Assembly (NCBI GenBank): GCA_964016885.1
Contig: OZ024740.1
Span: 91,946,001-92,010,000 of the forward strand
Source: Eledone cirrhosa
Lineage: Eukaryota
Reading direction: 5' to 3'
Length of the DNA: 64,000 bases
The translations under genes and the position numbers were made by a program. Below are positions 12,838-27,145 of this stretch, piece after piece. Position 1 is the first letter of the stretch. Each line of letters starts with the position of its first letter. The notes below the pieces were generated by a model. That model saw nothing but the letters and a program-made list of their open reading frames with translations, was not told the origin of the DNA and searched no databases.

Positions 12838-14236
12838 ATATATTTATATATGCGTGTGCGTGTGTATATATGTATGTGTGTGTGTGCGTGTGTGTGCGTG
12901 CGTATGTATGTGTGCGTATGCGCCATACTGGCTGAGTTCTATATTCGTGAAAATATAGAACTCAGTGAAAATTCCACATTTTGAAATCACCTAAAATACC
13001 GTGTTTTTTCATACAGTGGTCTTCCTCTACATTTATTATTTGTCGGGTATCAAGATGGGTTAGAACTGTTAGATTTAATATCGGTGCAACAAGCGCTAGA
13101 AAGCACACCCCAACAACCCTAGTTCTAATTTGTGCATCACCTGTTTTGGATGTGCAATTGCCTGATTGCATAACATCTGCTAATAATTCCCTATTTTCTG
13201 CACATTGCAGTTTGAATTGTTTTGGTTAAAATATAGAACAGAAACGGAAACCATCCAGGAACATCGAGATGCAATTTTACTACTGAGACCCTATTGATTG
13301 ATTTAGTGGGTGAGTAATGGAAAGCGATCACTGGAATAACATCAGTCACCTTCTTAAAACCAGTAGTTATTATTCTATTAATTTTAACAATATATAAATT
13401 TCGGTAATTCATAGATGCCCTGCTGTGAAATTTAATTCCTCATATATTCCCTTATAGCCACACATGACACTCTTTTTTTCATATAATATTGAATTCAAAC
13501 GACAATCAATTCGTTATTGTACATACCAGTTTGTATTAAATTTTGTTTTATTTAACTTGTGCGCACTGTCGCTGATTTTCGTTGCCATTAAAAAATTGCC
13601 CACGAAAATGTTCCGATACTTAAGGCAACTTGTTTTGAAGGCGAACCACCTGAAGACATCGATATTTCTAGAACACATAACTGCCTCCGTTTTAACGGTC
13701 TTAACTATTTTAATAAGTAGATATTTTATTTCGAAATCCTTTCAGAATAATGATCAATTTTAAATGAGAGGAAACTCTCAGACACTGTTCATCCATATAT
13801 TAGGAAGGTATACTTCTCATTGTTTCATTTTTATTTCTTATTCTATTATTCTAGGTTATATAAATACTTGATGGTGAAAAACTATGCCAGTTACACATAC
13901 TAGTCCCGCGCCACTCAGAGAAGAACTATTTCTATTCTTAGCTCTCTACTGGTTTGCTAAGTCATGTAAGATTTCTATGATTCATGTAAGTGCTAGGTAT
14001 GTATCCATCTCCTTTGGCTTATTAGGAACGGCTTTTTACTCATTATTACATGTACTAATCTGCTCAGTTATAAGGAAATCAATCCAAGTGCACGAATCGT
14101 ATTCGAATTGCTGCAATATTGCGTTTTACAAACGTATTTATTGATAACCGCTTTATATCATACGTTATGAAATATTATACGAAACATAAATATATGCAAT
14201 GCTATCCGAAGGCCCAACGTATTTTGTTTGACTTAC

Positions 14237-14309
14237 CTCCCAGATGGAAGAGACAGTAAAGTTAAATTTCAAAGCGTTCAGTTTCTTAGAAAATAAAATT
14301 TCCGTCAAC
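14237..14309 (-). other. Possible 73-nt host-gene exon
   Basis: ttatttattcattcag|...GAG|gtaagt consensus sites; open frame LTEILFSKKLNALKFNFTVSSIWE; family not recognised. Confidence 0.3.
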
Positions 14310-15679
14310 CTGAATGAATAAATAATTCATATATCCGAGAGTTATTTCAGAAATATGATACCGACATTCGTGTTTCTAAATCATTTTCAGAGATTTGTAT
14401 TATTTTGCATTATGATTAGTTCTATATATATATATGTAATGTTGAAGAATACATATTATATTTCCAAGCTGTTTTGTTAGGGAATATGCTTTCAGAATCA
14501 TTTTAATTTTACTCAAATGTAAGTTGAATGAATAATATAAATATCTTCATGAGACTATCTATAATACAATATCAGAAATGTGACTGTTAGTTTGCAGCAT
14601 TGCATTTTGTGCAATTTGTGCAATTAGACTTCATCGTTGGCTGTGAATATATTTCATTTTTTAAATAATTATTTCGTATTTTTTTTTATTGTCATACTCT
14701 GCATGAGGAAGTTGGATTAGGAGAATTGTTAGGGCATCATGCACATGCCATGAGCAATTCTTTTACGAAGTTCTAATTTCTCAGATCCAGTTCTCCTCGG
14801 GTCAACTTTGCTTCTTCTTTTCGTTTCGTTAAAATGCAAGTACTAGAGAGGAGGATATAATCTATTTCCCCTCTGCTTCATTATGATCAGATGCCACAAG
14901 TAGGGAGAATTATACACTACATAATGACAATTGAAGTGATATTTAATGTAAAGGAAGACAGATGTTAAATTTTAGAATGTGAGATACAACTCTCTGCTAT
15001 GTACCGTTCCTATCATTTTGTTTAAATTTAAAATGAGGAAAGATTGGTTTTTTCTTGCAAGAATTTAAAAGAATTCATATTATATTACGTGCACAGGAGT
15101 TTACTAGAAGAAATTATATTCAGACAAAACCCGAAATCCATTTCTCTTCATCAGTTCTTAGTTTAATCTAATTTAAATCAAATCTATCCATTGGAAACGT
15201 TGCTGTAATGATATATTCAAAAAGTATGCATAGGCTACGTTTCTGGAGACTGAAAGTGAGAGAGCTAATATAGCTTCATAAAAGATAAATAAAAGAGTAG
15301 ATGAATTTAATGCGAACGCAGATGCAAAATATAGCAACATTATTGAAATATGCATATTGTAAGCCGGCATGGACTTATGCATAAATATTATCAAGCATGC
15401 AAGCTATAATTATCATAACAATTTCCATGTGATACATTATTACAAGTGTCCATAATTACATATTTACAGTCTGATTGTGTTTTAACTATGTACAGTCTCG
15501 CTCTACGTGTGGGAACTTCAGACATAAGGATATATTACGCTCAATCCCAGAAGAGTTAAAGACAAATAATTCTTCGGAGAAAATAATCTGATATATTATA
15601 TTTTTAAAAAGTCAGTTATTTTAGAAACAAACAACATAATATCAAACCATTCATGAAAGTTCTCAAACTTATATATGTA

Positions 15680-16500
15680 TTAGAATTTGTGCTCTTAAAT
15701 AGCGATATGTATAGTGTATTTTGCAATACACTGCATGCTTAATTAAAAGCATTTTGAAGACCTTACGCTATTGTTTTAAAGTAGTGACTATGTCACTTCC
15801 TTCAGTTTTCAACAAACAAAGGGAGATAAGCTGACAGATCTCTGTTTCATGCTGCTGGTATTACTTAGAGCCTAGCACTCCCCTTGTCTGTTGAAAATTA
15901 TGAATGTTGGATTCTTATAGACTTCCAGTAATAATCAGGAACTGATTATACAGAGCGGTTGCCAGTCTATAAGAATCCAATATTCATAATTTTCAACAAG
16001 CAACGGGAGTGCTAAGCTCTGAGGAATAGCAACAGTATGAAACAGAGATATGTCAGCTTATCACCCTTTGTTTGTTGAAAAAAAGAAGTAAGTGACATAT
16101 TCACTACTTTAAAACAATAGCGTAAGGTCTTCAAAATGCTTTTAATTAAGCATACAGTGTATTGCAAAATACCCTATATATATATATATTCATATATATA
16201 TATCGCTATTTCAGAGCACCGATTCTAATTTTCAATTTTTGCTGGACCGTCAACCGCTCTGTATCATCATTTCCTGATTATTACTGGAATTCTATAAGAA
16301 TCCAACATTCATAATTTTCAACAAACAAGGGGAGTGCTAAGCTCTAAGGATTACCATAAGTATAAAACAGAGATATGTGACCTTATCTCCCTTTGTTTGT
16401 TGAAAAAAGAAGTAATTGACATAGTCACTACTTTAAAACAATAGCATAAGGTCTTGAAAATGCTTTTAATTAAGCATACAGTGTATTGCAAAATACACTA
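15680..16500. mobile_element. HHR family A: one inverted copy plus approx. 1.6 tandem units (period 325 nt)
   Basis: CTATAAGAATCC recurs at 15967 and 16292; 15680-15960 is the reverse complement; three HHR motifs, one with an intact core. Confidence 0.85.
16013..16060 (+). ncRNA. Type I hammerhead ribozyme, canonical C3-G8 core (family A)
   Basis: TAAGCT-CTGAGGA-ATA..TAT-GAAA-CA gagata TG-TC-AGCTTA, with stem I extended by TTTTCAACAAG/TTTGTTGAAAA. Confidence 0.75.
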
Positions 16501-16515
16501 TATATACATTTATAT

Positions 16516-16671
<156 letters not shown>

Positions 16672-16842
16672 TATATGTATTATGATTTAATTATGTATTT
16701 CGAGTTTGCAACGTCCAGTTACATTAGGGTCACAAATGTGACTAGTGACGTGCATTTCGCTATTGATCAGCTCAATATTCGATCTGTAGCAATGTGTCCC
16801 AACTCTGCAATCTAAAGTTGGTTGAATATTATATATATATAT

Positions 16843-17039
16843 AGGGAAATGTTCAAAACCACGACGGAAGAGCTCAAGCCGTTTGTACGGCTATTTCTGG
16901 TCCAGAAATAGCCGTCGAAACATCTTGAGCCCTGCAGTTGGCGTTTTGAACATTTTACTATTATCCACTCTACTACACAAAGTATTGAGTATTCTGGTTC
17001 GTTATGGTCCAACTGGTTCCTTACCACACTGCCTTTGTT
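16843..17039 (+). mobile_element. Family H mini fold-back (3' half of an HHR plus tail)
   Basis: Hairpin centred on GGCTATTTCTGG-T-CCAGAAATAGCC, then GAAA and a tail shared with 23441 and 47413; lies in (TA)n. Confidence 0.75.
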
Positions 17040-17040
17040 A

Positions 17041-17079
<39 letters not shown>

Positions 17080-17082
<3 letters not shown>

Positions 17083-17243
17083 TGAGATTCTACAGGACTA
17101 GAACTGTTTCATTCATTAGAAATCATCAATGAATGAAACAGTTCTAGTCCTGTAGAATCTCATCTATATTAAAACTGTTATACTCTGCTATGTATTGAGT
17201 ACCTTACTTACTGTGGTTACCTCCGATTCAACCCGGAATAACG
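17080..17243. mobile_element. Family B mini fold-back with truncated HHR
   Basis: About 40-bp perfect arms 17078-17117 / 17128-17167; minus strand TGATGA-TTTC taat GAAT-GAAA-CAGTTCTAG-TC. Homologous to 31371-31969. Confidence 0.75.
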
Positions 17244-17285
<42 letters not shown>

Positions 17286-17489
17286 GTATTAGTTATACTA
17301 TTTATGGTTATGCAAATACAAAACCTTAAGCAGTTGTAAGTATTTTACACACACCCTAAATAGTGGTAGGCAGTAATGTATTACTACCTTATTACCAGTA
17401 AGTTAAGTAGCTCAATGTAAAAACATCAGATGATTTACAGAGCAGTTATATGAAATATAAGAATCAAAGAACTGCTCAAAACATTATTG

Positions 17490-17536
17490 TGCTTACAGCT
17501 GTTTCCTCCAAACCGAGGTTTGGATTCTTCGGAGCA
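17490..17536 (-). ncRNA. Minimal type I hammerhead, U4C core, palindromic stem III (family B2)
   Basis: TGCT-CCGAAGA-A-TCCAAACC tc GGTTTGGA-G-GAAA-CAGCTG-TA-AGCA. Confidence 0.8.
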
Positions 17537-20169
17537 ATTTATTAATGCATGGACAGTTATATGACCTCCTTTTCAGCCGAGAGACATACCAAATACATAT
17601 TCAAACATTGATACATATTCAAACATTGTGGGTCAACATTCATTACAGAATTTAGTGTGGCAGTACACACTTCGAGATTACATTTATATTAATAGGTACA
17701 ATAAAAAATCAAAGATATAGGTTAAAGTACAACATGAAGATAAGTGGTTATATAGTGCAAATGTTATATGTGTGGCACGCATGTGCGTCTTGTTTATATA
17801 GTGTGGCAGAGAGATATGTGTGGTAGAGGCACTTAGGTAGGTAAATAAGAGTGTTAGGTTGGTAGATCTGGTGGCAAAATCTTTATATGATTGATATAGT
17901 TTGTGTGTGGAGAAATATTATAAGCATTAAAGATAGTGCAAGCATTAAAAGTGTTAAAAGTGTTATAAGTATTGGAGATGCACAGCGCAGGGATGTCAAG
18001 TATTTCATGTACTTCGGCATTTTCATGGTCAGGGGAGTGTATATTTCGATTATATGCCTGTCACATAATCCACGACAATCCAGTTAGAGATCGTAGTCTG
18101 GTGTTGTTTAGTTCGATACAGGAGGTTGTTACGTTTCGAGAAACGCCATTGAATACCGGAAGTGTGTGTGTGGCTAAGGGGAGTTAATGCATGCGGGGAG
18201 GTAACTCTGGGGTTTCTATATCTAGCCATTAAAATGTGTCCCAATATAGACCCTAAATTCTATGGTGAAGTGCACCTTCCAAGAGAGACTTTTAAAGTAT
18301 AAAGTGTATTAACTATAGAGTAGTTTAACTAAGTTATGCTGAAGGTGATCATATTATTATGGTGGATTAACCCATCTTAAGGTGCTACAAAAGGAAATTA
18401 TAGATGATGAGTGAGGATTCTAAATTAATGATCTCTGTGGTTGTAGTCTGCTCATATGACCAGGCGCGGTGACTGCAGGATTGCTTCAGGACCCAGTGAT
18501 CTCTGGTAAGATCTGGGTCATCGCTTGCTACATTGGATGTCGAAAGATAATCGTCCCCAGGCAGGCCAAAGGTCAATCCGCAGTCCTCGCGACCCCTCTC
18601 TGACCGTCAGATCCTCCATATACGTACAACCCGCACGGCAGTTGCATTGCATTCACTCACTGCGCTCAGCAGCCCGGTCCTACTGGTCAACAGCGCTACT
18701 CGATTAAATCATTTTACATCTGTATAAGGAAGGTGTTTCCTCTGCCCAACTCTATCCAACCGATCAATTCATGCTCAAATTACCCTTAGAGCGGTGTAGT
18801 GCCGTTCAAGTGGGTGGATGTTGTCACACCTGCCGTAGAGGTATAAATGGGTATTTTCCCTGCGAAGGGTTCCGGAGGGATGTCGTTGTTTGTGTTATAA
18901 AGGATCAGCTAGTGTTGGGTATGTAGTATAGGGTGTGTCTCTGGTGTTTGATGCTAGATGTGGTGTTACCTTCCTTAGACAGATGTAAAATGATTTAATC
19001 GAGTAGCGCTGTTGACCAGTAGGACCGGGCTGCTGAGCGCAGTGAGTGAATGCAATGCAACTGCCGTGCGGGTTGTACGTATATGGAGGATCTGACGGTC
19101 AGAGAGGGGTCGCGAGGACTGCGGATTGACCTTTGGCCTGCCTGGGGACGATTATCTTTCGACATCCAATGTAGCAAGCGATGACCCAGATCTTACCAGA
19201 GATCATTGGGTCCTGAAGCAATCCTGCAGTCACCGCGCCTGGTCATATGAACAGACTACAACCACAGAGATCATTAATTTAGAATCCTCACTCATCATCT
19301 ATAATTTCCTTTTGTAGCACCTTAAGATGGGTTAATCCACCATAATAATATGATCACCTTCAGCATAACTTAGTTAAACTACTCTATAGTTAATACACTT
19401 TATACTTTAAAAGTCTCTCTTGGAAGGTGCACTTCACCATAGAATTTAGGGTCTATATTGGGACACATTTTAATGGCTAGATATAGAAACCCCAGAGTTA
19501 CCTCCCCGCATGCATTAACTCCCCTTAGCCACACACACACTTCCGGTATTCAATGGCGTTTCTCGAAACGTAACAACCTCCTGTATCGAACTAAAGAACA
19601 CCAGACTACGATCTCTAACTGGATTGTCGTGGATTATGTGAAATGCATATAATCGAAATATACACTCCCCTGACCATGAAAATGCCGAAGTACATGAAAT
19701 ACTTGACATCCCTGCGCTGTGCATCTCCAATACTTATAACACTTTTAACACTTTTAATGCTTGCACTATCTTTAATGCTTATAATATTTCTCCACACACA
19801 AACTATATCAATCATATAAAGATGTTGCCACCAGATTACCAACCTAACACTCTTATTTACCTACCTAAGTGCCTCTACCACACATATCTCTCTGCCACAC
19901 TATATAAACAAGACGCACATGCGTGCCACACATATAACATTTGCACTATATAACCACTTATCTTCATGTTGTACTTTAACCTATATCTTTGATTTTTTAT
20001 TGTACCTATTAATATAAATGTAATCTCGAAGTGTGTACTGCCACTCTAAATTCTGTAATGAATGTTGACCCACAATGTTTGAATATGTATCAATGTTTGA
20101 ATATGTATTTGGTATGTCTCTCGGCTGGGCTGAAAAGGAGGTCATATAACTGTCCATGCATTAATAAAT

Positions 20170-20216
20170 TGCTCCGAAGAATCTAAACCTCGGTTTGGAG
20201 GAAACAGCTGTAAGCA
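20170..20216 (+). ncRNA. Minimal type I hammerhead, U4C core (family B2, right arm)
   Basis: TGCT-CCGAAGA-A-TCTAAACC tc GGTTTGGA-G-GAAA-CAGCTG-TA-AGCA. Confidence 0.8.
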
Positions 20217-20247
20217 CAATAATGTTTTGAGCAGTCCTTTGATTCTT

Positions 20248-20290
<43 letters not shown>

Positions 20291-22916
20291 GTTGTATTTA
20301 TGAGTGTGTGTAATATTGTAAACTGAAATACAGTTGGTAACATATAATATCGGTTAAAGTCCCTTAAACACTGAAACATATGCAGCTAACGTTAATCAAA
20401 CGTCATATCAAAGATGTTGTCAGGAATATATGTGCTTTGCAAACAAAGGTAAATCAACATTATAATTGTTGATAACTATAAATAATCGTTTATAAAATCA
20501 AATATATTACACCTCATAATGGAAGAGGTTGATAGATAAGCGCCAAGAAATGAAACCCCGTTTACCTTGGATGTAGTAGTTCGATTGATTTGACCAATTT
20601 GCTAATTGCAGCTTGCCTCGGATTTCATAATGGAGATTCTAATTATAGATGTGATCAAAGGTTATGACACATGAATCTTTGTGAAAGTTTGAGATTTTAT
20701 ATTTTTAACAAAATATCTGCTGATCCTTTTTAAAGGGTAGGCGTTCTAACATACCCGATTATCTAAAACATTGAAGAAATAAAGCATGTTATTATTTTAT
20801 ATACTAAACAGTTTATGACCACATCAAAATCCGTATGGACATCGCCATTTCAATTTTGTCTGAAGCGGTTCGGAAATTATTACTATACTATATTCTATTT
20901 ATATACCAAACATTTTAAATTCTATTTTGTAGGACGCATAAGCGAGGTGAGAAGAGTTTGTGAATGTTGTTTTAATTTGCTCTATAAACATTTTTTTGTC
21001 TTCAATATGATGTAATATTTCAATGTTAGATAATGATATCCATTTACGTTTCAATTAATCAGTTTCAAACAGCAGGCTTGGAAATTCCTAGATGTTCAGG
21101 GATCGAACTGTATGCACGACATTTCCAATTACAAATTTTTGGAAGCAATTATGAATAGCATTCTCTAGAGGCTTAAATAATGACGGGTCCTATAAAGTAC
21201 CAACCAATTTTGTAAATCCTTTAGCATAATTCTTTAAACTCATGATATTTTTCCATAGTAAGATATATTGCGTTGTTTTGTGATAAGTGGAATGATGGAC
21301 AAAAGGTATTTTACAAGTATTTTCAGTAAAAGTTTATATAGATATTGGTTTCGTGTTTATTTATATTAAATAATTTACATTAATAAATTAATCATTTAAA
21401 GTGACAATTGATTTAGAAAGTGTAAATATTACATTTGCTGCATTTAAATAGAGATTTGCATAATTATACTTGTATGCTGAAAAAATGTAGCTTATATAAA
21501 AGCTATTTCCCTGAAATATCTGAAGATGCCATTGTCTAAACATCAATATTTCTTTATAGAATTTAAGAAATTGTGTTTCTGAACTCGAGTGAAAAGCAAT
21601 CTTCTGAATTAAATTGAAGTTATGTTGATTCTACTTTGTCTACACTAATTGAAATTTAGAATGTAAGAGACACATATCTATGATGACATTCCTCGAAGAA
21701 ATCACACTTTTGAATAGAAAATATAGTCTGTCTACTCTCTATATATTGAATATATGAGGCAGTTTTGTAAACTTATTCATGATTGAAAATAACAAAATTA
21801 ATTAACAGGAAATGGAAAGAAATTTTTCGTAATTTATATTAGCGTAAATCTTTTTTTTCAAAACAGTTATTTCTTGAAATACACAATATATTGTTATTAC
21901 ACTTGTTGACGAATTCTTAACATACCTAGTACATCCTAACGTGAACAAATTGCATTATATTGTTCAATTGCTTTAGAGACAGTATTCTAAATATCTCTTT
22001 CATGTCGAAATTATTCGAACATTTCTCAGTTGCAATTGTATAGCAAAAGGCGTGTGATAAACCCGTGTGACGAATCTTAAACATGGTGGTTGCTGAGGTA
22101 ATATAGATTTGAAAATACAATGGAATGTTAGATTCAATGGTCTCGTTTAGGAAACTTGTGCGAAGTACTGGAAATGATGTTTTATATGTATATTTGAATT
22201 TGGGTGTATTGTTGTTGTTGTTGTTTTTGTGTTGTCGGTGGTGTTGGTTATTATGGTTATGATAGTCGTGGTGGTGATGATTGCTGGTAGTGTATGCGTG
22301 GTTGCTTTGTTGCTGTTTTCTGAGTCCGTTAAATATTGAGCTGAACACGGAGTCGAAATTTGGCTGCTCCACACCTGACTGCCCACAATTTCCTGCGGAT
22401 GAAATTTGTTCTTCCGTTATATTTATTATTTATTTTAGTTAGTACAAAACGTGGGTTAACATTTTTTTTAAATTACTCGATCAGGTATGTCCAAAATCCT
22501 GCAGATAGACGAAGATTGATATGGTTTTCTGAGATTCCGTTAGGTTTATCCACAAAAGCAATACAACATTTTACAAGCTGCATCATGTAAAAGAGATAGC
22601 AAGCTCCAAAAGAAATCTATAATTGATGTTACCTTCAGTGACGATAATAATAATCATTCATAATTTGCCAAACAGATGAATCCTTATGGTATAATACTAA
22701 TACGACGAATTACAGAAAGAATATATTTTGTTTTGGCTTCTTTTCTGCTTTTGACAATCCAATGTTATAATCACAGCATGATGCATTTCAACATCTAGTG
22801 AGGAACGACGATATAGCAAACATGTTTGCAAATTTAACGCGAGAGAATTATTTATAGACAAAATATTTTTATTTCATTATAAATAGTGTATAGACGGAAC
22901 TATTAGCTGGTATGAT

Positions 22917-23013
<97 letters not shown>

Positions 23014-23014
<1 letters not shown>

Positions 23015-23363
23015 GTTAAAAGAATGGAGGTGTAACACACAAGTTATTATATATTGGTAAACGGAATAGAAAATGCTAACAAATTGTTCACAGTTGAAAA
23101 ATGGTTTAATTAAGAATAAAAGAGTATTAGTGATTGTATGAGTTAGTATTCAGTTGTGGTTTAAAATTTTTAAGTTTTTACCAACACGGACACTCTATCT
23201 CAAAATTATTTTTGAAAAGCATTTAGAAATGCGCAACCGGTAAAAACTTAAAAATTTAAAACCACAACTGAATACTAACTCATACAATCACTAATACTCT
23301 TTTATTCCTAATTAAACCATTTTTCAACTGTGAACAATTTGTCAGTATTTTCTATTCCGTTTA

Positions 23364-23367
<4 letters not shown>
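23014..23367. mobile_element. Family C fold-back with a degenerate U3-A8 HHR in the spacer
   Basis: About 130-bp inverted arms 23050-23182 / 23239-23367; TTGAAAA-GCATT taga AATGC-GCAA-CCGG-TA; about 35-nt extra tail on the left. Confidence 0.8.
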
Positions 23368-23439
<72 letters not shown>

Positions 23440-23440
23440 T

Positions 23441-23633
23441 GAAAATGTATGAACCCGACGGCAGAGCTCAAGCAGTTTCGACGGATATTTCTGCAGCCCA
23501 GAAGTAGCCGTCAAAACGGCTTGACCTCTGCCGTCGGAGTCATACATTTTCCTATTACCCACTCTGCTACACTAAGTATTGAGTACTCTTGTGCGTTATG
23601 GTCTATCTGGTTCCTTACCACACCTCCTTCGTT
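23441..23633 (+). mobile_element. Family H mini fold-back
   Basis: GACGGCAGAGCTCAAG...CTTGACCTCTGCCGTC hairpin plus the shared tail; lies in (TA)n. Confidence 0.75.
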
Positions 23634-24153
23634 ATATATATATATATATAATCATATTAAACCATATGACATATATCGTTGAAGAATAGAACAAGGAGCA
23701 AACATTGTTGTTGAATATACAACGCAATTCCTCATTACGCATGTATATAATTTTGTAATAGCCACGCCTTGCATGAGTGGAATACATGCATTTGCCTTGT
23801 TTCGCCACAACATCTATATCATTTATTCTTTCTTTCACTTAGTGTCCGCCACTGATTTCTAATCCATTGTTGATATTCTGAACGTTTGACATAAAACGGA
23901 ATTCGAAACTTCCTTTCTAGTCATAAATGTATATTTATCACTTTTTGTCAAAGTCACGCGTGAAATGCTGTAACCATTCTTCGATGGTAAAGCAGCTACA
24001 TACATTGTGTCTCACAGATATTCTCCAATATTTCGTCTGGTGACTGTCGAGGTATAGATGCACTTTCCTGTTTGTTTTACATAGCATATGCTTTTCTTTG
24101 TGCATCTTATGCAACTACAATGCGTACACACACAAGCACACAAACGTACATCC

Positions 24154-24219
<66 letters not shown>

Positions 24220-24929
24220 GTGTGTGTGTGTCTATGTGTGTGTGTGTGTGTGTGTGTTTGTGTATGTGTGTGTATGTATGTATGTGTGTGTGTGACTGTG
24301 TGTATGTGCGTGTGCGTGCGTGTGTGTGTATGGATGTATGATGGCTGGCCCCTCGATATAGAGCAGGGACATTGCACGATATAACATTATCAATCATTAT
24401 TAATTAATGCTATCGTGCAATACCAGTGCGTGAATATATTTTTTTAAAGTGAGGAAAGAATGTGCATTGAGCAAAACCCACTATCTCAGCGACAGAAGGA
24501 AAGAAATATCACCGTCATCGGTAACTACTGAGCTCCACATTTTATCTTGGAGTTATCCCAGTTTCCTGAGTTGCCTTCTCCTAGAATAATGCCTTGACAA
24601 ATGTAAGGATCCTTCACGCCCAGTGGTTTAACCGCATGATCGGGTATCCTCCCCGATTATTTATATGTCCCCTCGCATATACGTACTCATGCATACACGT
24701 ATATACATATATACATATATGTATATAGATACATACACATGTACGCATGCATATACATATTTACATATTATTGGAGTGCCGTTTACCCTTAAGACTTCTT
24801 CCGCTCTTTGTCAGATTTTCTTTTTTGTTCTACAGGGTGTCCAAAATCACCCTCCGCACCAAGTAAACCTGGTGGGCTTGCCGGTTTAGCACTCAAGAGT
24901 GAACCGACATAATATATAAATATATATAT

Positions 24930-25668
24930 AAACGTTTGTATTTGTAAAGCCAAAACAATGCAGGTATGGACATAGAATATGAATGCAAATGCAAAAGATA
25001 TTGTTGACAGTTAGTCTTTTACCTTAAATTTATTTAAATGTCTTTAATATTCGAGATAATATCTCTTCTTCGGGGGGAAGTAAAGCGATTAAACCAGTGT
25101 TCTAAATAGCTGGCCAAGTCATGCTGACAGGAAATTGTATAGAGTATCTGTTCTATATCTAATGTCAAAGAGTTAAGGTTAGGTGGATAGAGAGTAGTCT
25201 CCCTTTAAAAGGGGTTTTGTACATGTATGTTTAAGTGTGTGGGAGAATACGTGAAGGTGTAAGTAGGTGTGTGTGTGAGTGTGTGTGTGTGTGTGTGTGT
25301 ATATGTGAGTGTGAGTAGATATGTCTATGCATAGATGTTGGTGATAGATGCTCCCTTGTGTTAGAAATGGTGTTTGTGTGTGTATATGTGTGTGAGAGAG
25401 AGAATAAGTGGAGGTGTAAGCGGGTGTGTGTGCGTGTGTGTGGGGGGTGTAAGTATGGGGATAGATGGTCTATCAAGTTAGAATTAAGGAAGCACTAATT
25501 ATAGACAAAGCACAACCACGAAACAATAATAGACTAGAACTCAACACCCAATTTACAAGTATGACCCCGAAGGCCGAGCTCAAGCCGTTTCAACGGCTAA
25601 TTCTGGACTTAGAACTAGCTGTCGAAACGGCTTCAGCTCTGCCTTCGGCCTTCGGGGTCATACTTGTT

Positions 25669-25670
<2 letters not shown>
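24930..25670. mobile_element. Composite PLE remnant ending in a family H hairpin (25554-25670)
   Basis: Degenerate HHR-like CCGAAGA-A-GAGAT att ATCTC-GAAT on the minus strand (about 25045-25073). RIKEALIIDKAQPRNN at about 25480-25530 resembles a PLE GIY-YIG C-terminus. Family H hairpin at the right end. Confidence 0.5.
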
Positions 25671-25718
<48 letters not shown>

Positions 25719-26006
25719 TAACGATGTATGTGTGTTTGGTTGTGTTACTGTATATTGATATATAATATTTCATTTATCATCGATGATCAAGCCAAATAAT
25801 AATATGAAAATATTTTCTTTACTACAAGTGTCTTTATTGATTAACATTTTATAAAGATGCATTTTCAGTATTACTGTCTGGGATGAATGCTAAAACTATC
25901 TTGACATTCAAAGAACTAACTAGTTTATTGTTATATATTGGTTTATGAATTCAGACACAACACAATGCACTATATGTATATATATGTGTGTGTGTGTATG
26001 TATGTA

Positions 26007-26134
<128 letters not shown>

Positions 26135-27145
26135 ATCGGAATAAAAATGTCCCTGCTGAAACAAGAATAATTCATTAACTACGCCCTTTATATGGCAAAG
26201 GATGAAGCAGAAGACATAAAGACGTTCCGTGCATAGTGAGCCAACACTGTGAACCTGAATATATCGGTACAAACATCACAATATAAGCTAATGGCCACTT
26301 CGTTAAAATTGACATTTAAGTGCTCTATACAAAAATGTTAATGTTATGTCAGAAAACATGATGTACCTAAGGCTAGTCATCTCCAAATATCTACAATATC
26401 ACGCTACAGCGAAATGAACGCTATTCAATGATATATGATTCACAAAATAGCATTTAAATCGTACAAAAGAAAATTTAACTTCTTGCGAAACATATATATA
26501 TATCCTTTGATGTAAATAAATCTCGCAATAAAAGTGGTATTAACGGTATTCTTCCCTATTAAATCAATAAATTGATGGAGATTATATGTTTGATCACGAA
26601 ATGATATATTGTATGTAAAAGAGATTTCTTAGAACACAATTATCTATAGATTTAATTGTATCGCAGTTGACTTAACTATAATAATAGAAAATAAAATTAT
26701 AATATATAAGGTATTAAAGATAATCCTTAATTTTGAAAGAAAATCCTCTAATTTATATAGAAATGCATCAAATATACTAGCGCACTTGTAATTGTTTTAG
26801 AGTATTATCCTATCCTATAAGATGTACACACACACCCACGTATATATCCCCACATGTTAAATTATTCATTTTATTAAGAATAAATATTAAGTGTTATTAA
26901 TCTGCTGTTTCGACTCTTTATCACTGTGTCGACACACATTATTAATTTATATATATTTAAACGTTAAACAAGGTTCAATGAATACATCAAAGAATGAGTT
27001 TTACAATAGATTGGAGGCACTCAACTGAAAATGTTTTGCAGGGTTTTAATAGAATAGACACAAGATACATCGAAAATAATTTAGCGAATGAGATAGAAAG
27101 AGGAGCTAAAAGAGGTAAATATTTGAAAGAGTTAGTTTCCTTGTT

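Larger units (their letters stand above)
17285..20255. mobile_element. Family B2 PLE-derived giant fold-back: approx. 1.29-kb near-identical inverted arms with an approx. 225-nt spacer
   Basis: 17450-18738 is inverted at 18966-20255 (mirrored ORF-track entries); HHR in each arm; about 165-nt extra tail on the left; (TA)n flanks. Possible decayed GIY-YIG (RVYIGT..ARYRN..IQW..GLC) at about 19380-19730 (+). Confidence 0.9.

Noticed and set aside
12931-12966. 14-bp hairpin CTGAGTTCTATATT/AATATAGAACTCAG
   Set aside because: Single copy with no HHR, tail motif or TSD, so no function can be supported.
17887-19842. Mirrored ORF pairs suggesting a duplicated gene
   Set aside because: They result from the inverted repeat; the ORFs are short and match nothing recognisable.
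21926-22372. 148-aa His/Asn/Gln-rich ORF
   Set aside because: Openness is explained by degenerate (CAA/CAC)n trinucleotide sequence; GTG start and no domain. Kept only as a weak exon hint.
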